From assembly GCA_963814375.1 (NCBI GenBank), contig CAWFCQ010000008.1:233297-297296 (forward strand): a DNA stretch of 64,000 nucleotides, in the 5' to 3' direction. The stretch is from an uncultured Chloroflexia bacterium. GTDB lineage: Bacteria > Chloroflexota > Limnocylindria > QHBO01. The position numbers and the translations under genes are program-made. The notes beneath the pieces were generated by a model. That model did not search any database. It had not been told where the DNA came from and saw nothing but the letters and a program-made list of their open reading frames with translations. This document shows, piece by piece, positions 51,591 to 61,029 of this stretch (position 1 is its first letter; every line of letters starts with the position of its first letter).

Positions 51591-52384
51591 CGAGGACCGG
51601 CGGCGCCAGCGCCGCGACCATCAAGCGTCCCGCCGAGATCGAGCGCATGCGCGCGGCGGGCACGATCCTGGTCGACATCCTCGACGTGCTGCGGGCCGAG
51701 ATCAGGCCCGGGGTCAGCACCGGCGACCTCGACCGCATCGCCGCGGAGATGATCACCGACGCCGGCGCGGAGTCGTCGTTCCTCGGCTACGGCGGGAACC
51801 CACCGTTTCCCGGGGTGATCTGCGCCAGCATCAATGACGAGGTCGTCCACGGCATTCCATCGATGCGCCGTCGCCTCGCCGATGGCGACCTGGTCAGCAT
51901 CGATATCGGCTGCATCGTCGACGGCTGGCATGCCGACTGCGCCCGCACCTGGCCCGTCGGCCGCGTGCCCCGCGAGGTCACCGAGCTCATCGACGCCACC
52001 CGGCGCGGGATGGAGGCCGGCATCGCGGCCGCCCGACCCGGCAACCGGCTGGGGGACGTCGGGCACGCGATCGAGTCGGTGGCGCACCTCCACGGCTACG
52101 GGATGGTTCGCGCGTTCGTCGGCCATGGCATCGGCCGGGCCATGCACGAGGAGCCCCAGGTGCCGAACCACGGGCGTCCTGGCACCGGCCTGCTCATCGA
52201 GCCGGGAATGTGCTTCGCCATCGAGCCGATGTTCAACCTGGGCGGCGACGAGGTGTTCGTGGAGAACGACGGATGGACCGTTCGCACCGCCGATGGAGCC
52301 CTCTCGGCACATTTCGAGAACACGATCGCGGTGACCGACGACGGTGCCGTTCTCCTCACCGAGCGCCCCGTGGGCTCACCATGA
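51587..52384 (+). CDS. map: Type I methionine aminopeptidase
   Basis: VVHGIPS...GDLVSIDIGCIVDGWHADCARTW...GHGIGRAMHEEPQVPN...FAIEPM...HFENTIAV. Confidence 0.96.
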   Translation: MTRTGGASAATIKRPAEIERMRAAGTILVDILDVLRAEIRPGVSTGDLDRIAAEMITDAGAESSFLGYGGNPPFPGVICASINDEVVHGIPSMRRRLADGDLVSIDIGCIVDGWHADCARTWPVGRVPREVTELIDATRRGMEAGIAAARPGNRLGDVGHAIESVAHLHGYGMVRAFVGHGIGRAMHEEPQVPNHGRPGTGLLIEPGMCFAIEPMFNLGGDEVFVENDGWTVRTADGALSAHFENTIAVTDDGAVLLTERPVGSP

Positions 52385-52390
52385 CGCTTC

Positions 52391-52419
52391 TTGTGCCGGA
52401 TCGGGCATCGAGGTATACT
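52391..52419 (+). promoter_or_regulatory. sigma70-like promoter candidate for infA-rpmJ-rpsMKD-rpoA-rplQ (TTGTGC-17 nt-TATACT)
   Basis: Hexamers at 52391-52396 and 52414-52419, in the 122-nt gap after map. Confidence 0.45.
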
Positions 52420-52506
52420 CCCCGTTCGGGGTCGCCGTGGCGCGGCGGCCTTTCCGTGTGTCAATCCCCATTCATTGATCGATGCTGAGACGAGGGTGCG
52501 TGCCGC

Positions 52507-52725
52507 TTGCCAAAGAAGGATGCAATCGAGGTCGAGGGTGAGGTCGTCCTCCCCCTGCCGAACGCGATGTTCAAGGTGCGCCTGGAGAACGGGCACGAGG
52601 TGCTCGCACACATCTCCGGGAAGCTGCGCCAGAACTTCATCCGCATCCTCCCCGGCGACACCGTCCGCGTCGAGCTCAGTCCCTACGACCTCACCCGGGG
52701 TCGCATCACGTACAGGATGAGATGA
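52507..52725 (+). CDS. infA: Translation initiation factor IF-1
   Basis: TTG start. (M)[69 protein letters not shown]. Confidence 0.97.
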   Translation: MPKKDAIEVEGEVVLPLPNAMFKVRLENGHEVLAHISGKLRQNFIRILPGDTVRVELSPYDLTRGRITYRMR

Positions 52726-52835
52726 AGGTTTCTGCCTCCGTGAAGCCCCGCTGCGAGCGCTGCAAGGTCATCAAGCGCTCAGGCGTGGTGATGGTCATCT
52801 GCGTCATTCCCAAGCACAAGCAGCGGCAGGGGTAG
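52722..52835 (+). CDS. rpmJ: 50S ribosomal protein L36 (zinc-binding form)
   Basis: Read by hand: [37 protein letters not shown], 37 aa. ATGA overlap with the infA stop. Confidence 0.93.
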   Translation: MKVSASVKPRCERCKVIKRSGVVMVICVIPKHKQRQG

Positions 52836-52842
52836 CGGCATC

Positions 52843-53214
52843 GTGGCTCGTATCGCCGGCGTCGACATCCCCCGCGAGAAGCGGGTGATCATCGGCCTCA
52901 CCTATATCCACGGCATCGGCCTCACCTCGTCGAAGAAGGTCATCACCGCGGCCAACGTGTCGCCAGACACGCGCGTGCGCGACCTCACCGACGAGGAGGT
53001 CAACCGCCTGCGGGAGATCGTCGACCGCCAGTACAAGGTCGAGGGCGATCTGCGTCGCGAGGTCAGCCTGAACGTGAAGCGGCTGATGGAGATCGGCTCC
53101 TACCGGGGCCTCCGCCATCGGCGCAACCTGCCCGTCCGCGGGCAGCGAACAAAGACGAACGCGCGGCAGCGCCGTGGGTCGAAGAAGACGGTCGGCGTCC
53201 GCCGCAAGAAGTAA
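52843..53214 (+). CDS. rpsM: 30S ribosomal protein S13
   Basis: [32 protein letters not shown]...[22 protein letters not shown]. Confidence 0.97.
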   Translation: MARIAGVDIPREKRVIIGLTYIHGIGLTSSKKVITAANVSPDTRVRDLTDEEVNRLREIVDRQYKVEGDLRREVSLNVKRLMEIGSYRGLRHRRNLPVRGQRTKTNARQRRGSKKTVGVRRKK

Positions 53215-53226
53215 AACGGGAGTTCC

Positions 53227-53622
53227 ATGGTAGAGCGCAAGCGGGCTCAGCGCGGGAAGAAGCGCGAGCGAAAGAACGTTCCGGCTGGGCACGCGCATAT
53301 CCAGTCGACGTTCAACAACACGATCGTCACGATCACCGACACCACCGGCAACGTCATCAGCTGGGGCAGTGCCGGCCTGGTCGGCTTCAAGGGCTCTCGA
53401 AAGAGCACCCCGTATGCGGCCGCCCAGACGGCCGAGCTCGCCGCGAAGCGCGCGATGGAGAACGGGATGCGCCAGATCGAGGTCTTCGTCAAGGGCCCCG
53501 GTGGCGGGCGCGAGCAGGCGATCCGCTCGCTCCAGTCCGCCGGCCTCGAGGTGACCGCCATCACCGACGTGACGCCGATCCCGCACAACGGCTGCCGCCC
53601 GCCGAAGCGGCGGAGGGTCTGA
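53227..53622 (+). CDS. rpsK: 30S ribosomal protein S11
   Basis: [46 protein letters not shown]. Confidence 0.97.
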   Translation: MVERKRAQRGKKRERKNVPAGHAHIQSTFNNTIVTITDTTGNVISWGSAGLVGFKGSRKSTPYAAAQTAELAAKRAMENGMRQIEVFVKGPGGGREQAIRSLQSAGLEVTAITDVTPIPHNGCRPPKRRRV

Positions 53623-53625
53623 GCC

Positions 53626-54252
53626 ATGGCCCGATATAACGACGCGGTCTGCCGCATCTGCCGGCGTGAGGGGCTGAAGCTCTTCCTCAAGGGCAGCCGC
53701 TGCTACAGCCGCAAGTGCGCCTTCGAGCGCCGCAGCACGCCGCCCGGCATGAACACCATGCGCCGCCGCAAGGTGAGCGAGTACGGGCTCCAGCTGCGCG
53801 AGAAGCAGAAGGTTCGCAAGAGCTACTCCGTGCTCGAGCGCCAGTTCCGCAACTACTTCGAGAAGGCGGACCAGCGCAAGGGCGTGACCGGCGAGAACCT
53901 GCTGCGGATGCTGGAGATGCGCCTCGACAGCGTCGTCTTCCGGATGGGCTTCGCAACCAGCCGTGCCCAGGCGCGGCAGCTGGTGACCCACGGTCACTTC
54001 TCGGTCAACGGTCGGCCCACCAACGTGCCGAGCTTCGCGACCAAGATCGGCGACCGCATCGAGGTGCGCGACAGCCGCCGAGGCCGCGAGTACTTCAAGG
54101 TCGCCGGCGAGACGATGAAGGCGGCCCAGATACCTGAATGGGTGAGCGTCGATCCGGCCAAGCTGTCCGGAACCGTGCTCGCCGAACCGGCGCGCGAGCA
54201 GATGCCGCTCGAGTTCAACGAGCAGCTCGTCGTCGAGTACTACTCGCGCTAG
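53626..54252 (+). CDS. rpsD: 30S ribosomal protein S4
   Basis: [34 protein letters not shown]...[34 protein letters not shown]. Confidence 0.97.
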   Translation: MARYNDAVCRICRREGLKLFLKGSRCYSRKCAFERRSTPPGMNTMRRRKVSEYGLQLREKQKVRKSYSVLERQFRNYFEKADQRKGVTGENLLRMLEMRLDSVVFRMGFATSRAQARQLVTHGHFSVNGRPTNVPSFATKIGDRIEVRDSRRGREYFKVAGETMKAAQIPEWVSVDPAKLSGTVLAEPAREQMPLEFNEQLVVEYYSR

Positions 54253-54268
54253 GAGTCAATCTCTTCCC

Positions 54269-55306
54269 ATGATCGAACTCGAGACCCCGCTTCAGCAGCA
54301 GCCCGCGCCGTCGCCCCGCATCGACGAGGTCCACGCCGAGGGCAACCTGAGCAGCTTCGAGGTGACCCCGCTCCAGGAGGGGTACGGCGTCACCCTCGGC
54401 AACGCCCTGCGCCGCGTGCTGCTCGGCTCCCTCGACGGCGCGGCCGTCACCAGCATCCAGATCGCCGGCGTCTTCCACGAGTTCAGCACGATCGAGAACG
54501 TCAAGGAGGACGTCACCCAGATCGTGCTGAACGTGAAGAAGCTTCGGCTTCGCTCGTTCGCCCGCCACCCGCTGACGCTCAAGCTGGTCAAGCGGGGCGC
54601 CGGCCCGGTGACCGCCGCCGACATCAACGAGTCCGCCGACGTGGAGATCGTCAATCCCGACCTCGTCCTGCTCACCCTCGACTCCGACTCGGGTTCGATC
54701 GAGATGGACCTCACCATCGAGACCGGCATGGGCTATCGGCCCGCCGAGCACACCGAGGAGATGCCGATCGGCGTCGTCCCGGTGGACGCGATCTTCTCGC
54801 CGGTGCGCCGCGTGAACTATCAGGTCGAGAAGACCCGCGTCGGCCAGATGACCAACTACGACAAGCTCACGCTCGAGATCGAGACCGACGGCACGACCAC
54901 CGCGCAGGCGGCACTCAGCCAGGCGGCCGACATCCTCGTTCGCGAGTTCGGCCGCTTCGCCGAGATCGGGCGGCCCGCGGTGGCCTCGGCCGACGACGCG
55001 CCGCTCGCTCCCAGCGCCAATATGCTCGATGCGCCGATCGAGGAGCTCGACCTTCCGATGCGGGCGTACAACAGCCTGAAGCGCAACAGCATCACGAAGG
55101 TCGGCCAGGTCCTCTCGCTCAGCGACGAAGAGTTCCTCCGCATGCGCAACTTTGGGCAGAAGAGCCTGGACGAGCTCAAGGAGCGCCTCGCGCTGCGCGG
55201 TTTCATCAGCCCCGAGTCCACCTCGATGAGCACTGACGAGTCGGACCTCCCGGCGTCGGCCGAGCTCGACGAGGCGGCCGCGGCCGAGCTCGACCGGGAG
55301 GCCTAG
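54269..55306 (+). CDS. rpoA: DNA-directed RNA polymerase subunit alpha
   Basis: GYGVTLGNALRRVLLGSLDGAAVTSIQI. C-terminal domain IEELDLPMRAYNSLKRNSITKVGQVLS. Confidence 0.97.
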   Translation: MIELETPLQQQPAPSPRIDEVHAEGNLSSFEVTPLQEGYGVTLGNALRRVLLGSLDGAAVTSIQIAGVFHEFSTIENVKEDVTQIVLNVKKLRLRSFARHPLTLKLVKRGAGPVTAADINESADVEIVNPDLVLLTLDSDSGSIEMDLTIETGMGYRPAEHTEEMPIGVVPVDAIFSPVRRVNYQVEKTRVGQMTNYDKLTLEIETDGTTTAQAALSQAADILVREFGRFAEIGRPAVASADDAPLAPSANMLDAPIEELDLPMRAYNSLKRNSITKVGQVLSLSDEEFLRMRNFGQKSLDELKERLALRGFISPESTSMSTDESDLPASAELDEAAAAELDREA

Positions 55307-55310
55307 GCCG

Positions 55311-55664
55311 ATGCCGCACCGGACCGCCGGGCGCAAGCTCAGCCGCCCGCACGCCCACAGGGTCGCCATGCTCGGCAACCTCGCCGTGGCCGTGCTGCGC
55401 TACGAGCGCATCAAGACCACCGAGGCGAAGGCCAAGGAGGTCCGGGGCGTGGTGGACGGCATGATCACGCTCGCGAAGCGCGGCGACCTCCATGCGCGGC
55501 GGCAGCTCATCAGCAAGATGCCGCACGAGCCGCTCATCGTCGACAAGCTGATGGGCGAGATCGCAACCAAGTACGCCGATCGCACCTCGGGATACACGCG
55601 GATCATCAAGCTCGGGCAGCGCCCCGGCGATGCCGCCCCGATCGTGCAGATCGAGCTCGTCTGA
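55311..55664 (+). CDS. rplQ: 50S ribosomal protein L17
   Basis: MPHRTAGRKLSRPHAHRVAMLGNLAVAVLRYERIKTTEAKAKEVR. Confidence 0.97.
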   Translation: MPHRTAGRKLSRPHAHRVAMLGNLAVAVLRYERIKTTEAKAKEVRGVVDGMITLAKRGDLHARRQLISKMPHEPLIVDKLMGEIATKYADRTSGYTRIIKLGQRPGDAAPIVQIELV

Positions 55665-55701
55665 AGCAGACGGGCAACCAACAGAACACCGACACGGACC
55701 G

Positions 55702-56458
55702 ATGGCCGCCAGGGCGCAGCGATGCGCGCGGGCGACGATCGAGTACGACGGGACGGCCTTCGCCGGCTCGCAGGTCCAGCCGAACGCTCGGACCGTGCAG
55801 GGAGAGCTGGAGGAGGCCCTTAACAGGCTGATCGGCGAGCGGATTCGCGTCCGTCTCGCCGGGCGAACCGATGCCGGGGTGCATGCCACCGGCCAGGTCG
55901 CGGCATTCTGCTACCGAGGGGCGCTGCCCGTCGCGGGCGGCATGCCCGAGCTGCGGCGACGGCTGAATGCCGTCCTGCCGCCGGACCTGGCCGTTCGCGC
56001 GCTCGTGCTCGGCGCCTCCCGGCTTCGATCCACGGCGGTCGGCGCGCCTGCGCGTCTATCGCTATCGGATCCGGCCCGGCGGCGTCTCACGGCCGCTTGA
56101 CCGGCATCGGACGCTCGAGATCGACGATCCCCTCGACGTCGGGGCCATGCAGGCCGCGGCGGCGCGAATGAAGGGGGAGCGCGACTTCGGTGCGCTCGGC
56201 AGCCACGTCCATGGGCGGACGGTCCGCCACGTGGTCGAGCTGCACGTCACGCGTCGAGGGACGCTCGTCGAGGTTCGCGTCACGGCCGATGCGTTCCTGC
56301 GCCGAATGGTGCGCAGCATCGTCGCCGTCCTCATCGAGGTCGGTCGCGGCAGGCTTGCCCCCGAGGCGGTGGCGCGCCTCCTCGACGAGCCGGGGCGGGC
56401 CCTCCACGGTCGTGCGGCGCCCGCGCGCGGGTTGACGCTCGAGCGCATCGTCTACTGA
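55702..56458 (+). pseudogene. truA: tRNA pseudouridine(38-40) synthase TruA, frame interrupted as assembled: a +1 shift is needed at about 56011-56022
   Basis: Frame 1 gives ATIEYDGTAFAGSQVQPNARTVQGELEEAL...AGRTDAGVHATGQV...LNAVLPPDLAVRALVLGA. Frame 2 continues PPGFDPRRSARLRVYRYRI...[12 protein letters not shown]. Together these align along E. coli TruA as I recall it. Confidence 0.85.
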
Positions 56459-56502
56459 TCAGCCACCAGGAAAAGCCAAGGCAACACCGGAGAGCAGGGA
56501 AC

Positions 56503-56931
56503 GTGAAGACCTACGCCGTCAAGGCGAGCGAGATCGAGCGCAGCTGGTGGGTCGTCGACGCGACGGACCAGACCCTCGGCCGGCTGGCGACCCGCATCGC
56601 CACCCTGCTGGAGGGCAAGCACAAGCCGATCTACTCGCCGCACCTCGACACCGGGGACCACGTGGTGGTCCTCAACGCCGGGAAGATCCGCGTCACCGGC
56701 GACAAGCTGCGGCAGAAGAGCTACTTCCGCCACTCGAACTACCCCGGCGGCCTCCGCGAGGAGAGCCTGGGATCACTGATCGTGCGCAAGCCGGAGCTCG
56801 TCATCGAGCGAGCCGTCAAGGGGATGCTGCCGCAGAATCGCCTCGGTCGCGCGATGTTCAAGAAGCTGAAGGTCTACAAGGGTGCGGAGCACCCCCACCA
56901 GGCGCAGCAGCCGACGACGGTCGAGCTGTAG
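56503..56931 (+). CDS. rplM: 50S ribosomal protein L13
   Basis: [55 protein letters not shown]. Confidence 0.97.
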   Translation: MKTYAVKASEIERSWWVVDATDQTLGRLATRIATLLEGKHKPIYSPHLDTGDHVVVLNAGKIRVTGDKLRQKSYFRHSNYPGGLREESLGSLIVRKPELVIERAVKGMLPQNRLGRAMFKKLKVYKGAEHPHQAQQPTTVEL

Positions 56932-56947
56932 CGAGGAGAGAACGAAC

Positions 56948-57340
56948 GTGAGCACGAACTACGTCTACGGGACGGGCAGGCGCAAGACCGCCGTCGCGCG
57001 CGTCCGCCTCCTGCCCGGTGACGGCAGCGTCATCGTCAATGGCAAGCCGGCGGCGGAGTACTTCGGCGGCGCCTCCCCGGAGGGCGCGCTGCTCGTGCCG
57101 TTCCGCGTGACCGAGACGGAGGGTCGCTACTCGGCCAGCGTCCTCGTTGCGGGCGGCGGCGTCTCGGGGCAGGTCGGGGCCATCCGCCACGGCATCGCCC
57201 GCGCCCTCCTCAGCGCGCATCCCGACGCGCGAGCCTCGTTGCGCGAGGCGGGCCTCCTGACGCGCGATCCGCGCGCGAAGGAACGCAAGAAGTACGGGCT
57301 CAAGCGCGCCCGCAAGGCGCCGCAGTACACCAAGCGGTAG
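56948..57340 (+). CDS. rpsI: 30S ribosomal protein S9
   Basis: GTG 56948. [28 protein letters not shown]...[28 protein letters not shown]. Confidence 0.96.
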   Translation: MSTNYVYGTGRRKTAVARVRLLPGDGSVIVNGKPAAEYFGGASPEGALLVPFRVTETEGRYSASVLVAGGGVSGQVGAIRHGIARALLSAHPDARASLREAGLLTRDPRAKERKKYGLKRARKAPQYTKR

Positions 57341-57375
57341 GCGGGCCGAATGCTGGGTATGCGCGTATATACTCA

Positions 57376-57399
57376 GCCGATGTAACCGCCGATGTAACA
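57376..57399 (+). repeat. Tandem 12-bp direct repeat GCCGATGTAAC(C/A) x2 in the cdaA upstream region
   Basis: gccgatgtaacc gccgatgtaaca, read directly. Flanked by TATACT (57368-57373) upstream and a TGgTATCAT extended -10-like element (57432-57440) downstream. Confidence 0.6.
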
Positions 57400-57482
57400 C
57401 TGGGGGCCCCGGCGCTCGTCGTCGGGGCTCTTGGTATCATCGGGCACCGACCGCCGCCGCAGATGCAGGCACCGCACACACC

Positions 57483-58427
57483 GTGATCGACGCGATCCGT
57501 GAGTTCTTCGACACCTACCTGAGGGGCAGCTGGACGTCGATCATCGACATCCTGCTGGTGGCGTTCGTCATCTACTGGCTGTTCATCCTCATCCGCGGCA
57601 CGCGCGCGGTGCGGATCGTCATCGGCCTGTCGATCCTGTATCTCGTCTACCTGGCCGCGATCTTCTTCGGCTTCGACCTGCTGCGACGGCTGATGGAGAC
57701 CGCCGCGGTCGTCGGCCTCTTCGCGGTCGTCGTCGTCTTCCAGCCCGAGCTGCGGCGGGCGCTGGAGCAGATCGGAAGGATCGGGAGCTTCAACCGATTC
57801 TTCGTCAGCGCCGAGGTGGCCGGCGCCGAGCGCGTGGCGCGCGAGATCAGCCGCGCCGCCCGCATCCTGGCTGGCTCTCGGCACGGCGCGCTCATCACGC
57901 TGGAACGCGAGACGGGCCTCACCGATCTCGCCACCGAGTCCGGCGTGCCGGTGCACGCCGACCTCCGCGCCGAGCTGCTCGTCACGATCTTCTACCGAGG
58001 CACCGCCCTGCACGATGGCGCGGTCATCATCTCGGGCGAGGAGATCACCGCGGCCGGCGTGCTCCTGCCCATGAGCCAGAGCGCACTCGACAGCGAGCGG
58101 TACGGCACGCGCCACCGGGCGGCGATCGGCATCAGCGAGCAGACCGACGCCGTCGTCGTGGTGGTCAGCGAGGAGACCGGCTCCATCAGCCTCGTCGTGC
58201 GCGGGCGCATCGAGCGCAACCTGACCGAGGAGCAGCTCCGGCGCAGGATCTTCAACCTCATCCGACCCCAGACCCCGAGACGGGCCGTGCCCTTCCTTCG
58301 ACGCACGCTCGACGGCAGGTGGCACCTCGGAACGCCCGAGCCCGAGCCGGCCGCCGATGAGCCGATCGACCCAGATGCGCGCGTCGTGACAGGCGCCGCC
58401 ACCGATTCCGGCTCGGTGAGGCGCTGA
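57483..58427 (+). CDS. cdaA: Membrane-bound diadenylate cyclase CdaA (c-di-AMP synthase)
   Basis: Three N-terminal TM helices, then the DAC domain GALITLERETGL...LHDGAVII...GTRHRAAIGISEQTDAVVVVVSEETGSISL. Confidence 0.93.
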   Translation: MIDAIREFFDTYLRGSWTSIIDILLVAFVIYWLFILIRGTRAVRIVIGLSILYLVYLAAIFFGFDLLRRLMETAAVVGLFAVVVVFQPELRRALEQIGRIGSFNRFFVSAEVAGAERVAREISRAARILAGSRHGALITLERETGLTDLATESGVPVHADLRAELLVTIFYRGTALHDGAVIISGEEITAAGVLLPMSQSALDSERYGTRHRAAIGISEQTDAVVVVVSEETGSISLVVRGRIERNLTEEQLRRRIFNLIRPQTPRRAVPFLRRTLDGRWHLGTPEPEPAADEPIDPDARVVTGAATDSGSVRR

Positions 58428-58429
58428 GA

Positions 58430-59674
58430 GTGGGGATCCTCCTTCGCAACTGGCACCTCAAGCTCTCGGCAATCCTCCTCGCCACCATCCTCTACACCGG
58501 CCTCGTCTACTCCGGCTCGTTCAGTGAGTCAACGCTCGAGGTTCGCATCGAGCAGGTGAACGCCTCGGGGGACGTGTTCGTGCTCAGCGGCGATCCCGGC
58601 GTGGTCGAGGTGACGTACCGGGTCGCGAACGAGGAGGCCGGAGGTGTCTTGCCGACGGATTTCGCCGCGCAGGTGGACCTCTCTGCCTACGACATGACGC
58701 AGGCGCCGGAGCCGCAGCAGCTGCCCGTCGACGTGAGCAGCCTGAGGGAGGGGATCGAGGTGATCTCGATCGCCCCGGAAACGGTGCGAGTCCAGCTCGA
58801 CGCCGTCGAGACGCGGAGCGTCCCGGTCGAGGTCGATCCGGGCGTCGTTCCTGCCGGGCTGGAGATCGACGATCCCGTCGTCAGCGCTGACGAGGTCGAG
58901 GTGCGCGGGCCCGCATCAGTGGTCAGCCAGGTCGACCGGGCGCGCGCGCTCGTCAACATTCCGGCCTCCGGGATCGACGTCAACGAGTCCGTGCCGCTGA
59001 CGCTCGTTGATCTCGAGGGGCAGTCACTCGGAACCGGCCAGGTCGAGCTGGATCCGGAGGCCGTATCGGTCCAGGTCGAGGTTCGGGCGGTCGAGACGCA
59101 GACGACCGTAGCCGTGCGGCCGACCATCCAGCCCGGTGCGCCGGCCCCGGGCTTTGCGCTCGAGTCCCTCAGCGTGGATCCCTCATCCGTCACGATCGTG
59201 GGCCTGCCGGAGGACCTCGCCGAGATCCAGGCCGTGCAGACCGCCCCGATCAGCTTCGACGGCGCATCGGCGGATCAGACCTTCGAGGTCGAGCTCCAGC
59301 TGCCCGACGGCGTCAGCCTCGCGGACGGCGAGGTCGCGACCGTCACCGTCGTTGCGACGATCGTACCGTCGGTCTCGAGCCGGACGTTCGTCGTCGGTGT
59401 CGTGTGCGAGGGAGCGGGCGAGAACGCCTGCGTCCCGGGCCTCGATCAGCTGACGCTTACCCTCAGCGGTGCTGGAGCGGCGCTCGGCGGGCTGAGCGCG
59501 GCCGATGTGACGCCGGTGCTGGACGCGTCGGGGCTCGCTCCCGGCGCCCACTCGTTGACGCCCACCATCGTGGGCCTGCCCGCCGGCGTCGAGGTGCTCG
59601 CCATCACTCCGGGCTCCGTGCCGGTCACGATCGTCGCGCCGGCGCCGCCACCCACCCCGTCTCCCGCGCCGTAG
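58430..59674 (+). CDS. cdaR: CdaA regulatory protein CdaR (YbbR-repeat protein)
   Basis: N-terminal TM helix LKLSAILLATILYTGLVY, followed by repeated YbbR-like beta-rich modules. Position between cdaA and glmM. Confidence 0.85.
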   Translation: MGILLRNWHLKLSAILLATILYTGLVYSGSFSESTLEVRIEQVNASGDVFVLSGDPGVVEVTYRVANEEAGGVLPTDFAAQVDLSAYDMTQAPEPQQLPVDVSSLREGIEVISIAPETVRVQLDAVETRSVPVEVDPGVVPAGLEIDDPVVSADEVEVRGPASVVSQVDRARALVNIPASGIDVNESVPLTLVDLEGQSLGTGQVELDPEAVSVQVEVRAVETQTTVAVRPTIQPGAPAPGFALESLSVDPSSVTIVGLPEDLAEIQAVQTAPISFDGASADQTFEVELQLPDGVSLADGEVATVTVVATIVPSVSSRTFVVGVVCEGAGENACVPGLDQLTLTLSGAGAALGGLSAADVTPVLDASGLAPGAHSLTPTIVGLPAGVEVLAITPGSVPVTIVAPAPPPTPSPAP

Positions 59675-61003
59675 ATGGCAGGCCGCTTCGGCACGGACGG
59701 GATCAGGGGACCGGTAGGCTCCGAGATCAACGCGCCCCTGGCGCTGGCGCTGGGGCGCGCGGTCGGCCATCGCTTGGCCGGACCGAATCGCAGTGTCGTC
59801 CTCGGTCGCGACACACGCCGATCGGGGGAGATGCTGTCGGCGGCGCTCACGGCGGGCCTCGCCGCAACGGGGACCGACGTGGTCGACCTCGGCATCGTCA
59901 CCACGCCCTGCCTGGTCCACGCCAGCGCCGACGACCGTGTGTCTGCCGGGATCATGGTCTCCGCCTCGCACAATCCGGCGGGTGACAACGGCCTGAAGGT
60001 CGTCGTCGCCGGTCGCAAGGCGGAGGACGCGATCGAGGCTGAGCTCGATCGGCTCATCGACGACCCATCGCCCATCGGCGAGCGCCCGAACCACGAGCTC
60101 GGCCGTCTTCGGACCGATACCGACGCGATCGAGGCCTACCGCCGTCATCTGGCCGCCATCGCGGGGGACGCGCTTCGCGGGCTGCGCATCGGGATCGACT
60201 GCGCCAACGGCTCCGCCAGCGCCGTTGCGCCGGACCTGTTCCGCAGCCTCGGCGCGGATCTGACGGTCCTCTTCGATGCCCCGAACGGGGTGAACATCAA
60301 CGACGGGTGCGGTTCGACCCATCCGGAGCTCCTGGCCGACACGGTATCCGCCGCTGGCCTCGACCTCGGCCTGGCGTTCGACGGCGACGCCGACCGCCTC
60401 ATCGCCGTGGACGAACGGGGTGGGCTCGTCGACGGTGACGCGGTGATGGGGATCTGCGCGCTCGAACGGCTCGGTACGGGGACGCTCCGAAACAACCTGC
60501 TCGTGACGACCGTGATGAGCAACGGCGGCCTCGAGCGAGCCGTGCGGCAGGCGGGAGGCCGGATCGTTCGCACGCCGGTCGGCGACCGCCACGTGTTCGA
60601 GGCGATGGAGCGTGACGATGCCGTGCTGGGCGGGGAGCAGTCGGGCCACATCATCTTCCGCGACCGATCGACGACCGGTGATGGGCTCCTCACCGCCATC
60701 GAGCTCGTTCGCGCACTTCGCCTGGCGAAGGAGCCGCTGTCCGAGCTCGCCGCGCGTATCCCGAGGCTTCCGCAGGTGGTGATAAACTCAGCCGTCCGTC
60801 GCCGGGACGACTGGCAGCGCGACGTCGAGTTCGTCGCCGCCGTCGATCGCGCCACGGAGCTTATGGCGGATCGCGGGCGCGTGCTCGTCCGGCCGTCCGG
60901 CACCGAGCCCAAGATCCGGATCATGGTCGAGGGCGACGATGCCAGCGAGATCGAACGCATCGCCCGGGAGCTCGCGACGCTCGCCGAGGCGCGATTCAAC
61001 TAG
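59675..61003 (+). CDS. glmM: Phosphoglucosamine mutase
   Basis: FGTDGIRG, active-site GIMVSASHNPAGDNG, GLAFDGDADR, GGEQSGH, RPSGTEPKIRIMVE. Confidence 0.96.
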   Translation: MAGRFGTDGIRGPVGSEINAPLALALGRAVGHRLAGPNRSVVLGRDTRRSGEMLSAALTAGLAATGTDVVDLGIVTTPCLVHASADDRVSAGIMVSASHNPAGDNGLKVVVAGRKAEDAIEAELDRLIDDPSPIGERPNHELGRLRTDTDAIEAYRRHLAAIAGDALRGLRIGIDCANGSASAVAPDLFRSLGADLTVLFDAPNGVNINDGCGSTHPELLADTVSAAGLDLGLAFDGDADRLIAVDERGGLVDGDAVMGICALERLGTGTLRNNLLVTTVMSNGGLERAVRQAGGRIVRTPVGDRHVFEAMERDDAVLGGEQSGHIIFRDRSTTGDGLLTAIELVRALRLAKEPLSELAARIPRLPQVVINSAVRRRDDWQRDVEFVAAVDRATELMADRGRVLVRPSGTEPKIRIMVEGDDASEIERIARELATLAEARFN

Positions 61004-61029
61004 CGTCGGGGACGCTCGAGGAGGGATTC

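Noticed and set aside
61004-61029. glmS ribozyme upstream of glmS.
   Set aside because: The intergenic gap is 26 nt (cgtcggggacgctcgaggagggattc), far too short for the ribozyme. It contains only an SD.
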